This document shows, piece after piece, positions 24,452 through 36,654 of a stretch of DNA of 64,000 bases. Where the stretch lies: the NCBI GenBank assembly GCA_002269645.1, contig NIVC01001868.1:1-64000 (forward strand), in the 5' to 3' direction. Within the stretch, counting starts at the first letter, position 1. Each line of letters opens with the position of its first letter. The notes below the pieces were generated by a model, which was not told the origin of the DNA, did no database searches, and worked only from the letters and a program-made list of their open reading frames with translations. A program made the position numbers and the translations under genes. The stretch is from Macrostomum lignano. Taxonomy: Eukaryota.

Positions 24452-25555
24452 GCAACGGTCGTTTCACAAACCCTACTTTTCACAACTTCGAAACCAGAAC
24501 CTTTCATAAGACCTATATTTCATAAAACCTAATTTTCACAACGTGGAAAATAAGCAATGCAGCAGATTTCACAAGCCCTAAATTTCACAACGCCTAAAAC
24601 ACTATGGAGATACAATCTTTCTTCTACGAGGGAGGCTTCGCCTCGGCCAATCAACGCAGTCCTCAGTCTTGTATGTGGGCCAGATAAATCAGTCCATGCG
24701 GGTGATACCTTATACGCATTTGTTCGCATACCCTTAGCCATAGAAATGCACACCGCATAGTGCTTCTATGCTCACTCAGAAGAAAGCCACAAGTAGAGCT
24801 GATCAAGCACAGAGTTGCAAGACAGCAGTTCGAGGCTGGCCGGCAGTATGTTTTGCCAACTTACCCAAAGGTGGTTGGCCTTTGATATCTACAGCCAGCC
24901 TCGAACTGTTCGATCCACCTGTAAACTGTTCGTCGACTGATGGAATCGGGACCGTGAATGCGGTTTTCGTAAATTTCAGGGCATTTCTGACCAAGACTCC
25001 AAAGTGAGTGATTGGACATGTGATTGGACATGTCTCTGCCCTTCTGTAGAGTGAATTTTAGGGTCTATGACTGGAACAAATCTTGCAGCTGCTGTCTTGC
25101 AACTCTGTGCTTGATCAGCTCTACTTGTGGCTTTCTTCTGAGTGAGCATAGAAGCACTATGCGGTGTGTATTTCTATGGCTGAGGGTATGCGAACAAATG
25201 CATGCTGCTTACAGCAGGAAGCACTTATAAAAATCGGACTTTCGTGGCATGAAAGCTAAAATAAGCCGCTAACTATTAAGGCATATGATTTTTTCGTCAC
25301 ATCAATACATGTATTTGTGGAAGCAAGCAAAAGTGACACTACTTCTGGGACACCCCTCGTACAATCCTTCTGTATCTCCATAGTGTTTTTAGGCATTTTG
25401 AAATTTAGGCCTTATGAAATTTAGGGCTTATAAAATTTAGGGCTTGTGAAATTTAGGGCTTATGAAATTTAGGGCTTGTGAAATTTAGAGATTATGAAAT
25501 ACTGTGCACAATTTTTCGACGTGAAAATTAGGGTTTATTAAAGCGACCAAATGCA
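24452..25555. mobile_element. Nested inverted-repeat element(s): outer degenerate arms plus inner MITE 24714-25203
   Basis: Inner arms 24714-24828 and 25089-25203 are near-perfect reverse complements (about 115 bp). Outer arms about 24452-24632 and 25350-25555 (aaaacactatggagataca vs tgtatctccatagtgtttt, plus ttaggg-containing subrepeats). No TSD found. Confidence 0.75.
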
Positions 25556-25762
25556 GCTCGCAAGTGAGCATAGCGCTGCTACTGTTTTAGACTGAAATCA
25601 ATGAACTTGCTACTCGTAGAAAGCTGAACAGCAAAATCATAATAAACAATCTTTATTAGAATCGCAGAACGAAAGCTTCGTCGCCAATTGCATCACCAAA
25701 CTCAAAGCGGTTTACAGGCCTAAAGAAGTCAGGAATGATTAAAGACTTTAAGCGAAAGAAAG

Positions 25763-28700
25763 CTAGGGCAGCTCCTCTGTCACCAGGGTTACCCGGCCGG
25801 GATATTCCGCGGACAGCTGGCTGGCGTTGAGCACTTGGCTGGGCCGCCTGTTGCCGTAGGCCAGGTGCAGGAAGTCGTGCTCGGCGAACACCATGCCGCC
25901 GTTGCCATTGCGCGGCGTACCAGCCAGCCAGTCGATGGCGCCGGCGCCCGGTCCGGCGCAGAAATTGGCACGCAGAGCGTTGCTAGTCAGAGAGGGCAGC
26001 AGCGAGCGCCGGCTGAGGGCCGCCCGGCACCGCTCGCGCAGCAGGTCCCGCTGGGAGGGGTCCACGTAGGGCATGGTGGCCTCCGGCTCCATCAGGCACA
26101 CTGAGCAGCTGGGATCGGACGGTTTGCACTGGCGCTGGCGTTCAAACTTTCTTAGAAACCGGTACAGCATCAGCGGGCCTGTGGGAGTCAGTTCGGTCTG
26201 GCACTGACTCTACTTTCATTCTGACTTATTTTCTCACCCTGACTCTAAAACCCCCAGTTTTCTACTGGCTCACCCTCTCGTCCTAAATATCAGCTCATCC
26301 TGACTCTCGGGGCTTTTCATCCTGACTCTCGGAGCTTCTCATCCCGAATCTTAACCATGACTCTCCGACCTTCTCATCCTGACTCTCAATCCTGAATCTT
26401 CGAGCTTCTCACTCCTGACTCCCTGAGCTTCTCATCCTGACTCTCACTCCTGACTCTCTCAGCTTCTCATCTTGACTCTCCGAGCTTCTCATCCTGACTC
26501 TCACTCCTGACTCCCTGAGCTTCTCACCCTGTCTCTCACTCCTGACTCCCTGAGCTTCTTATCCTGACTCCCCGAGCTTCTCATCCTGACTCTCACTCCT
26601 GACTCCCTGAGCTTCTCATCCTGACTCCCCGAGCTTCTCACCCTGACTCTCACTCCTGACTCCCTGAGCTTCTCATCCTGACTCTCACTCCTGACTCCCT
26701 AAGCTTCTCATCCTGACTCCCCGAGCTTCTCATCCTGACTCTCATGTTTACATTCTGACTTTATCAAGACTATATTCTTGGCTCTCAGCTTCTCACTTCA
26801 ACGTACATGTACTATGAAGGTCTCACTCTCAATTTCTTCTCACCATGTCAGAAAAAATGAGATTATTGAAGCAAGAATGAGATTCTTTCCATGTTTTGCA
26901 CTGCGTTGATGCTCTGCAACATGCGCTCGTAATAATCATACTGTATTTACTATCGCATGCAATTTTGTCTGCGCCTTTAACGGGTGGCAATCAATGTACG
27001 AGTATAGGAATCCAGCGCATGTTTTATATTCAAATTTAAAAATCTGTTCTAGGATTAATCTTTAAAATTGGGATCGGATTGCCTTGCATCAATTCTCCCA
27101 AATAAATAGTATCCCCATTCGTCTATTGCAATCGGGAATTGACTGCAGGATTCATTTTTATCATTCTATAGCCTCGGGGGGGGGATTCGCTTAAGCTCCT
27201 CATTGAAATGATTGAGCTCGAGTAGCAATAGAATGAATAGAAATGAAAATCTGATGCTTTCAATTCAGTAAGAAAAAATTTATACGCGAGCAACTCTTTC
27301 TAAATTGTCTTAATTCTTAAGCAGGAAAAAACAACTTCGATAATTGATTTGAGTGATTTACGTAAGCAAGCTGAGTATTAAGGAGGCAATTTTAACACGT
27401 ACTGGCGCGGGATACAGTAAAGCACCTGCTCAGGGAGCAAAATGTAGTTTATTGCGTTCATAGTTGCTTTGATGAGGTAAAATGAGTTGACAGTGAATAC
27501 CTCCCTAATACAAGCTGAGTTCCTTTTGCTCGATAATTAAGTTAAACAAAATTCAAATTCGCGCCAAAATTAACGATATAAAACGCCCCGAAAAGCTAGG
27601 CGTAATAGTACAATTATTCTCGCCGGATTTAATAACCACTCTGGTGTTTAAAGGCAGTTTAAAAAGTTTTGTAGAATATTTTAACTATGTCCCTTTTGGC
27701 GCCAATTTGAATTCAATTTAATTTAACAAACAAACCGCTTCCTTGCATGTAATTCGTCTTTTTACTTAAAAAAATGTGCCCATGATGGAAAAGACGGAGC
27801 TTCGAGTTTTGATAAAGTTACTTGCACTTAAAAGGACTCTCACAAAATACGCGTTTGCATGAGGACATGTGACAGCATTGATGCTCCATAATAATGATAA
27901 TAATTGATTAAACCTGCCCTAATGGGCAGATGTGCAACCAACAGCCGTAGGCAGCCTTCAGACGCGCCTTCAGACAGGCACTCATTTTAGCGCCGCAGGC
28001 ACTCATTTTGGCGCCGCAGGCACTCATTTTGGCGCCGCAGGCACTCATTTTAGCGCCGCAGGCACTCATTTTAGCGCCGCAGGCACTCATTTTGGCGCCG
28101 CAGGCACTCATTTTGGCGCCGCAGGCACTCATTTTAGCGCCGCAGGCACTCATTTTAGCGCCGCAGGCACTCATTTTAGCGCCGCAGGTACTCATTTTAG
28201 CGCCGAAGGCACTCATTTTGGCGCCGCAGGCACTCATTTTAGCGCCGCAGGCACTCATTTTAGCGCCACAGGCCCTCATTTCGGCGCCGAAGGCACTCAT
28301 TTTAGCGCCGCAGGCACTCATTTTAGCGCCGCAGGCACTCATTTTAGCGCCGCAGGCACTCATTTTAGCGCCACAGGCACTCATTTTAGCTGTTCAATCC
28401 AAGGACTGTGGGGTCGCCGCACACACACCCTCAATTACCCCAGCTAATGCTGGCACCCATTTTACAGCTGAGTGAACTGAAGCAATGCAGATCCGTTTAG
28501 TGTCTTTCTCAAGGACACAAATTGTTCCGGGTGGGTGGAGAATCGAACTCCCGACCGTTCTGTCGTTAGTCCGACGCTCTAACCACTAGGCTACCACTTC
28601 TCATCCTGACTCTCGTACATGTAGCTTCTCATTCTGACTTTCATGTTTCATGTACATTCTGACTCTACGAAATCTCTATTCTTGACTCTCAGCTTCTCAA

Positions 28701-31700
28701 TCTGACTATGAAAGTCCTACTTTAAACTTTTTTCTCCTCATGTCACAGAGGTTTAGCAACAGTCATAAGTAGGTCGAAGCAAGAATGAGATTTTCGGTGT
28801 TTTGCAATGCGCTGGTGCATGCAAAGTCTATCATGTTCAACGATGAAAAACTGGGTGGAACAGTTTCACTGACTGAGCAATGCAGCATTTCTGTCTGTGG
28901 TCCTAAAGACGCAGCTCGAGCAAAAGTGCTTGAGGCCACAAATTTTTTGAATGCTCCTCGAACAATCATAAATATTTAATGACGTCATTCGCACCCGTGA
29001 GAGGTATCGCAGCCTCTGCTAAATACACTCAGCGACAGGCGCGTCGCCACCGGGGGGACAGGGGGGACATGCCCCCCCCCCCCCAGTTAAAGCTATGGGG
29101 GCATACATCCCACCTTGTGACCCGTTGTGGTAATGAATACTTTTTCTTCAGGGCGCCAAAATATAGCGCCTTCGGCGCCAAAATGAATGCCTGCGGCGCC
29201 AAAATGAGTGACTCTGGCGCCAAAATGAGTGACTGTGGCGCTAAAATGAGTGCCTGTGGCGCTAAAATGAGTGCCTGCGGCGCCAAAATGAGTGACTCTG
29301 GCGCTAAAATGAGTGCCTGTGGCGCTAAAATGAGTGCCTGTGGTGCCAAAATGAGTGCCTACGGCGCTAAAATGAGTGCCTGCAGTGCCAAAATGAGGGC
29401 AGGGAAGTAAAGTCCGATTATATCTGGCGTCACAGGGAGAAGCGTCACAATATCGAGTGTACATGAGTAAAGTGGAGGCATCTGTGTAACACAGACGACA
29501 ACGATCGTCCGCCAAATGGCTGATCTGGAGCTCAACCACATGCTTCGCCTTGTTCTGGAAATGCTTCGACGAGTGAGAGTCTGTTGCACGCTCGATACCC
29601 GTTACTGACTGTGTTTTAGACCTGTACACAGCGTGGACTTGTTTCGCTGTTCATTCTTTGTTGCCTTATTTTCACTGTCTATGGCCTAAACTCAAACAGT
29701 CGAACATTTTTTTCAATCCCCAATCGCCCTCTTGCGCAGGCGTGGACAATTTTGGGTGCGTATTGTATTGTTAAAGTACAGCCAGCTGACCGAGGGGAAA
29801 CCTGATTCACCCTCCGCTTGGAAACACACAATAGAAAGTGAAACAAAAGACTCCGAGGAGACCGGATATTACATTGAAAACTCAGCTGAGTAAGGATGAT
29901 GAAGCTTTTGTCTCATAGTGCTGTCCGGTTGAATTCAAATAAAAAATCCACCTTAGAGTCCCTTTTGTGTTATAGCCAGCTTTTTTAACCCAGTCTAATC
30001 CCCGCGTGCGTGCCTTAAAATCAACGCATTTTATACGGCTGTACCGAAATTCTTGGCCCATTTAAAGAAACTTTTTGCTGGAGGCTTGTGGAGCTTGCGA
30101 CGGTTTCTGTTTAAGCTTGCAATGGTTTCTGTTTGAGCTTGCATTGGTTTCTGTTTAGGCTTGCAATGGTTTCTGTTTAAGCTTGCATTGGTTTCTGTTT
30201 AAGCTTGCATTGGTTTCTGTTTAAGCTTGCAATGGTTTCTGTTTGAGCTTGCATTGGTTTCTGTTTAGGCTTGCATTGGTTTCTGTTTAAGCTTGCAATG
30301 GTTTCTGTTTAAGCTTGCATTGGTTTCTGTTTAAGCTTGCAATGGTTTCTGTTTGAGCTTGCATTGGTTTCTGTTTAAGCTTGCATTGGTTTCTGTTTAA
30401 GCTTGCATTGGTTTCTGTTTAAGCTTGCATTGGTTTCTGTTTGAGCTTGCATTGGTTTCTGTTTAGGCTTGCATTGGTTTCTGTTTAAGCTTGCAATGGT
30501 TTCTGTTTAAGCTTGCATTGGTTTCTGTTTAAGCTTGCATTGGTTTCTGTTTAAGCTTGCAATGGTTTCTGTTTGAGCTTGCATTGGTTTCTGTTTAGGC
30601 TTGCATTGGTTTCTGTTTAAGCTTGCAATGGTTTCTGTTTAAGCTTGCATTGGTTTCTGTTTAAGCTTGCATTGGTTTCTGTTTAAGCTTGCAATGGTTT
30701 CTGTTTAAGCTTGCATTGGTTTCTGTTTAAGCTTGCATTGGTTTCTGTTTAAGCTTGCATTGGTTTCTGTTTAAGCTTGCATTGGTTTCTGTTTAAGCTT
30801 GCATTGGTTTCTGTTTAAGCTTGCATTGGTTTCTGTTTAAGCTTGCAATGGTTTCTGTTTAAGCTTGCATTGGTTTCTGTTTAAGCTTGCATTGGTTTCT
30901 GTTTAAGCTTGCAATGGTTTCTGTTTGAGCTTGCATTGGTTTCTGTTTAGGCTTGCATTGGTTTCTGTTTAAGCTTGCAATGGTTTCTGTTTAAGCTTGC
31001 ATTGGTTTCTGTTTAAGCTTGCATTGGTTTCTGTTTAAGCTTGCAATGGTTTCTGTTTAAGCTTGCATTGGTTTCTGTTTAAGCTTGCATTGGTTTCTGT
31101 TTAAGCTTGCATTGGTTTCTGTTTAAGCTTGCATTGGTTTCTGTTTAAGCTTGCAATGGTTTCTGTTTAAGCTTGCATTGGTTTCTGTTTAAGCTTGCAT
31201 TGGTTTCTGTTTAAGCTTGCAATGGTTTCTGTTTAAGCTTGGAAAAATTTCTTACTCATAGAAAAGGGTTTCCCTTCTAAGAAGTAATCAGCCAATGCAA
31301 ATTTGAAGGCCGATATTTAGGCCTTAACAGTCGCAGGCTGGCAGCCGGCCAAGCTCACCCGTGTACTTGTTGGCCCCGAAGCCGCCCAGGCGGCTCTCGC
31401 CCTCGCCGGGCAGGGCGCTGGCCCGCCGGCTGACGTACAGCGGCAACAGGTCGGTGACGAATCGCAGGAAGCTGTGCCCTGGCGAGCACGCCATTAGCGC
31501 GTTGCTAGGCAACCAGGGCAAGCCGAACAGCAGCACAGCGTGTGCGACGGGCTCCTGGCCGAGGTAGCAGCCGCAGGCGGCCGATTTTCGGTTGGCCAGA
31601 CTGTCCAGATAGGCCGGCAGTTGGCGCCGCGCGCGCACGTCCAAGTCGGCGTAGATGCCGCCGTAGTGCAGCAGCAGGTAGTAGCGGGCCACGTCGGAGA

Positions 31701-32042
31701 ACTCCAGGCGGGAGCGCAGCAGGCGCCGGGTCCAGTTGGCTGCCTCCGGGTAGTGCCTGGCCAGCAGGCGGCGCAGCCCGCTGTCCGTCCACAGCAGGTA
31801 GCGGTGGCGGGGTGGCTGGTCAGCCAGGACTCGGCGTAGGGCCGGTACTGCCTGGGGATGCTGCCCAGGTCCGAGCACATCTGGTGAACAAGCGGCGGCG
31901 GGCGGCCCCAGTAGCGAAATGGCGACTGGAGCGGGCCGAACAGGACGGCCAGGGTTAGGAGGGCGCTGGCGCCGGTCAGTAGCGCCCACAGGAGCTGCTG
32001 TTGGCTGTTGCGGCGGCGCCACTGCAGGCAGGTTAATCGCAT
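25763..32042 (-). CDS. GT32-family DXD glycosyltransferase (SUR1/CSH1/Och1-like), 2 coding exons, with a 1-nt frameshift (possible pseudogene or assembly error)
   Basis: Exons 32042-31359 and 26178-25763 join as KYT-G-PLMLY (conserved TGP motif). N-terminal hydrophobic anchor, LVHQ, YLLWTD, SDVARYYLLLHYGGIYADLD, SNALMAC. The frame breaks at the G4 run 31809-31812 between SHP and RHRYLLWTD. A tttatt (AATAAA on the minus strand) lies near 25652. Confidence 0.85.
26290..26760. repeat. Composite minisatellite (ctgactctcact / ctgactcccygagcttctcatc) in the GT32 intron
   Basis: Alternating short and long ctgactc-based units. Confidence 0.85.
27975..28390. repeat. 21-bp minisatellite
   Basis: Unit gcactcatttt(a/g)gcgccgcag. 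Confidence 0.95.
28400..28597 (-). mobile_element. tRNA-derived SINE with CORE-like central domain
   Basis: Minus strand reads GTGGTAGCCTAGTGGTTAGAGCG...GGGAGTTCGATTCTCC (Pol III A box TAGCCTAGTGG, B box GTTCGATTC), then tgtgtccttgagaaagacactaaac...tcagttcactcagctgtaaaatggg, which resembles the CORE consensus. The 3' boundary is approximate. Confidence 0.8.
29037..29397 (+). mobile_element. Truncated hAT-MITE-like left end followed by 21-bp array (reverse complement of the 27975-28390 unit)
   Basis: caggcgcgtcgccacc plus G6/C-run motif, then ggcgc(c/t)aaaatgagtgcct units from about 29165. No right TIR found. Confidence 0.55.
30096..31240. repeat. 22-bp minisatellite in the GT32 intron
   Basis: Unit aagcttgcattggtttctgttt, with recurring gagctt/aggctt cassettes. 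Confidence 0.97.
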
Positions 32043-32097
32043 CTGCTTGGGGAAGAGTGCGGGATATGCGAGAACTGCATTCTGTTGTGTACTTGCT

Positions 32098-32770
32098 GGG
32101 CACTGTGTGAATTTGGGGCCATTATAGTGGACACTGTGTGAATGTGAGGCTATTATAGTGGACACTGTGTGAATGTGGGGCTATCATAGTGGACACTGTG
32201 TGAATGTGAGGCCATTATAGTGGAGACTGTATGAATTTGGGGCCATTATAGTGGAGACTGTATGAATGTGGGGCCATTATAGGGACACTGTGTAAATTTG
32301 GGGCCATTATAGTGGACACTGTGTGAATGTGGGGCCATTATAGTGGATACTGTGTGAATGTGGGGCCATTATAGTGGATACTGTGTGAATTTGGGGCCAT
32401 TATAGTGGACACTGTGTGAATTTCGGGCCATTATAGTGAACACTGTGTGAATGTGGGGCTATTATAGTAGACATTGTGTGAATTTGGGGCTATTATAGTG
32501 GAAAATGTGTAAATGTGAGGCTATCATAGTGGACACTGTGTGAATGTGAGGCTGTTATAGTGGACACTGTGTGAATGTGGGGCCATTATAGTGGACACTG
32601 TGTGAATGTGAGGCTGTTATAGTGGACACTGTGTGAATGTGGGGCCATTATAGTGAACACTGTGTGAATGTGGGGCCATTATAGTGAACACTGTGTGAAT
32701 GTGGGGCTATTATAGTGGACACTGTGTGAATGTGAGGCTGTTATAGTGGACACTGTGTGAATGTGGGGCA
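32098..32770. repeat. 31-bp minisatellite upstream of the GT32 ATG (probable 5'UTR intron)
   Basis: Unit gtggacactgtgtgaatgtggggccattata; lies between the minus-strand acceptor at 32043 and a minus-strand GTAAG donor near 32812. Confidence 0.92.
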
Positions 32771-34249
32771 GGATGTGACACTATAGTAGCCATACATGTA
32801 GACGTGGCTTACCGTGACACTATGGTGTACTGTCGTATACTGTTGTAGCTATGAATTGTGGCTTAACATATAGCCGCAAAAGGCCTGACTGTCAGTTCAT
32901 ATTTTCTTCCATCAATCGCCTGAACGCAACTGCCACCATTCTTGATAATACCCAATGTCTGCTGACACTTACCTTGCACCGAAGCCTGCTGGCCGAGAGC
33001 TGCAATATTTACCAGCGGATGTTGGAACTAGATGGGGAACTCATCCCCCACGTCTCTCGCTATGCCATGGGGAAAGTTTTCTACCTGGCTGTGCGAAAGC
33101 AAACGTCTGCTGTGGCTGTTTTGAAGTGTTTAATTCCTACTGAACAAGAGCCAGGGCGTCGATCTGATTGGCTGCTGGCCTGCCAGCCAATAGCAAACAA
33201 TTGACTCTGCTTCTCTTGAATGCCATGCATCTGGCGAAGAATCTGTCAATTTAAAGTTCTGTGCGAATCGATAGCTAGCTAGCTAATATAACTTCCGCGA
33301 CGTGAATTCTACTACTCATGTTACAATATGTCAGAAGGTTGACAGATGGCATGGCGTAAAAATTCGCGTGAGTTCCCAGCAGCTGCATTGCATTTTGACA
33401 GGGTGAGATTCTGGAAGCTGATAATTCTATACTGCATGTTCTTGCTTGGTTGTAGAAGTAATTCAGCCACTTGAAAATTGAACAAACTTCACACCAAAAT
33501 TATAGTGTTGGGAAAATCATGCAATTAAACATGATTTTCCTTTTTTAATTAGAAATATGTTACACGATGATCTGAGAATTGCATGTTGCATTCATAAATC
33601 GGGTATCGTCATAGACGCAAGAAATTTTGTCGAGAAAATTTAATTTTAATAGTGAAGACCTTACGTTCTTGTGTGTTCTTTCACAGAAACTCAAGTCAGA
33701 TCTTGTAAAGAAACGGCAATTCAACCGATTAAAACCGATTTTCACGACAGCTATAGCGTTTTTAAAAATACGATCCATGATTCAGCTGGGCCATGTGGGC
33801 TATGTGCGGGGCTGAAGTTTCAGCTAAATTCTCTAAATAAGGTGTGTATGTAAATATAAAGTACACGTAAATGTGCGTCGACGTGGTATGTGAGCTACAT
33901 ATACTGTACATGTATACGTTTTTGCCCTAGTGTACGTGTCTTGTGCGAAACGGAAACAGGCACTGCTTTTCGGTTATGAAATTTTAAAATTGTACAGTCG
34001 AATGACTAAATACGCAAGTATATATATATAAATTCCTTGCAAGCACTAAAACACTTAATGCAGATGATCACAACCTTCCATTCCCCACCATACATGTGCG
34101 TGTTCTATATACAAACATATTATAGCAAGAGGTCTCCGAATCGGCCCTCTGCGTCGATCTTGTTGTATATTTTACACTATGATTTGTAAATACATAGTAA
34201 AAACAATACGAGAGTATGTCAGCCAACTGCTGTTTGGGATTCTATTCAC

Positions 34250-36654
34250 CAACGTAGCTTGCGGAATGGCCTGCAGAGCAGGCCATAGACTATTTCAGCA
34301 TATTTTTGACAAAGCCTTAGCCTGCGATAGCAGGCGGATTAGCTTATACTCGTTGCAATAAAGGATAAACATGAAAGCAAAAAATAAAGTGGAGTGGGGT
34401 GGATGGACGGGTGGGTGGGTATAAATGACACAGTAAAATTGTGGAATTCATCAAATCAAGAAAGCTTGAAGCTATATGATCAAGGTCAAGTGCCAATTAA
34501 TTAATTAAATCATCAGCAGCTTTATTTAGTGCAATAATTTCCAAGTATCGGACAGTGTTTGTCATGGCTGCTCAAGTGCATTTTGATCCGGATACCGACT
34601 CCGAACTAGAGGAGGAGGAAGGCTGGCTAACAGCGGATGAGGGTGAAGATGAAGAAGAGGGGGACCTGCATCTCCAGCCAAATGAAGACGCCGGAGGCTT
34701 GCCAAATGATGCTTGGGTGACACGGGAAGCTGGGCAGGATCAACGGCCAGATACAGAGCCCGAGTTCTTTAGGAATGCCTGGTATGGATCCTGACTTGCC
34801 GAGGCCAGAGACTGCCGATGACGATCCAGCTGCGTTTTTCAAGCTGTTTCTAATTCTGACTGCTGACCTGCTGCAACAGCTCTGCACTTGGACCAATGCG
34901 CGGGCGTGGCGCAAATTCGACGAGCTACAAGCATCGATGCCAAACCTGCCTCAAAGGTTCTCTGCGTGGAAAGACGTCACCGTGGACGAGATGAAGAAGT
35001 TTGTCGCCATGTCGCTTTACATATCGGGAATAGTTAAAAAGCCCGAGATCGCCAACTATTGGAGCAAAGATGATTTCTACGCAACACGTTTCTTCCAACA
35101 ACTCGCTTGCCTGACAAGGGACAGGTACCAACAGATCAGTAGCCAGCTGCGCTTCTATGACTGCAACAACTTCGATGGAAACGACCCGCTAGCAAAGGCA
35201 AGACCATTTATTACGCGTGTAGCTGAGATATGTCGCAGTGCGTACATGCCAGAAAAAGAAATTAGTGTCGACGAAGAGCTTGTTCTGTTCAGGGGTCGCG
35301 TCATGTTTCGTCAGTATATTCCATCCAAGAAAGCGCGATATGGCATCAAACTGTATTGTCTTTGCAAAGCTAGATACGGTTACGTGAGCAACTTCTTAGT
35401 GCACTCTAGTAGAGCTGAGAATGAGCGATTCGGTCAAGGTCTCGGGTGTGGGGGGCTGTCTCTGAGTGAGAAAGTCCTGGTGGAGGCAGTTAGGTACGTA
35501 TTGGATTTAGGTTATCACGTCTTCTGCGATAGCTGGTTCGGATCTTATCGTCTTGCGATGTACATGTACATGTATCTGCTGCAGCGGAGCACCATGCTGA
35601 CATGCACAGTTCGCGCCGATGACAGGAAGAGCTCGGGCCTAAAGAAAGTTTACTTCCTTGACACGCAAGGCGTAGCCCAACTTCATCCTGTTCACCGAAT
35701 CGTGCGAAACGAACTGGTCATCTAGCAGAAGCAACAGACAGTTGTGTCGTACAACATATTTATGGGTGGTGTCGACAGGCTGGACTCTGCCTTGCAGCCA
35801 TACAACCCATGCAGTGGCTCACCAACAGCACTCGCTGAAGCGCATTGAAGCCACCGAAGCGCAGGCCCGACCAACGAAGCGGTGCAGGCAGTGCTACAAG
35901 AATGGCCAGGCCAAGAAAACCGTCTTCTGCTGCGGATCATGTGAAGGCAACCCTGGACTGTGCGCAGCCCCCTGCTTTGCCGACTGGCATGCCGCTCAGG
36001 TGTAACTTAATTTTTTCTAGTTTTCAAAGCCAAAGGCAGCTCATACTTAATTGACAAACAATTTGCGGCATAACTTCGGTTTCCCGCTCTAAATTCTTTT
36101 CCGGATTCTTTTAAACTTACAGTCTACAAATGTAAAAGAAACAAGTAAAAAGTCACAGGGTAAAAAGTCAACAGTAACACAATGTAATAGTCCAAACTCC
36201 AAAGCAGGAAAATGAAGCAGGCTTCTGAATTCCTAATCTGGAAAGGCCGGAAAATAATCAGTAACGCAGGTTTAAAAGCATTAAAGTATTAATTTCTGAA
36301 AATCAAGAAAATAATTTAGAGCGAGAAACCGACGTTATACCCAATATGCCATCTGGTAATAAACAGGTGTTATTGTTGCTGTTTAGCTGTTAAACATTGT
36401 TTATACGTTATAGCAATTTATCTTCTTGATTTTTACTGTTTCTTATTAAAAATGACTTCATCAGATAGAAAAACTCGTTGACCGTGACTCACAAATGTTT
36501 TCTGTATAAAAAAATAGTCATGGCCTGCTGAGCAGGCAAAGCCGCAAGCTACGGTTATGCAGACTTATTTTTCGAAGCAGCATTCAAATTATTCGCAAGC
36601 CATAGACCATTAGCTATGGCCTGCAGAGCAGGCCACCCGCATCCTCGGGGTTAA
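34250..36654 (+). mobile_element. Degenerate piggyBac element, right end intact, left terminus not found
   Basis: Right end ...gcatcctcgggg|TTAA (36651-36654). The subterminal motif aatagtcatggcctgctgagcaggcaaagccgcaagctacg (about 36512-36553) has an inverted match at about 34254-34295. Transposase remnants lie between. Confidence 0.8.
34564..36005 (+). pseudogene. piggyBac (PGBD4-like) transposase pseudogene
   Basis: Acidic N-terminus; SVDEELVLFRGRVMFRQYIPSKKARYGIK (D1); VFCDSWF (D2); YNIFMGGVD at 35750-35776 (D3, past a premature TAG at 35723); C-terminal CRQC...CGSC...LCAAPCF cysteine-rich domain. Frameshift near 34770 and internal deletions. Confidence 0.92.

Noticed and set aside
28528-28597. 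Functional tRNA gene
   Set aside because: A and B boxes are present but I could not form a convincing acceptor stem, and the sequence continues into a SINE-type body.
29985-29995. ttaaccc as the missing left end of the piggyBac
   Set aside because: The following bases do not match the right TIR (ccccgaggatgc) and it lies inside the GT32 intron, over 4 kb away.
32851-33204. 117-aa ORF upstream of GT32
   Set aside because: No recognisable domain; minus-strand donor-like sites (about 32812 and 32972) fit non-coding 5' exons of GT32 better.
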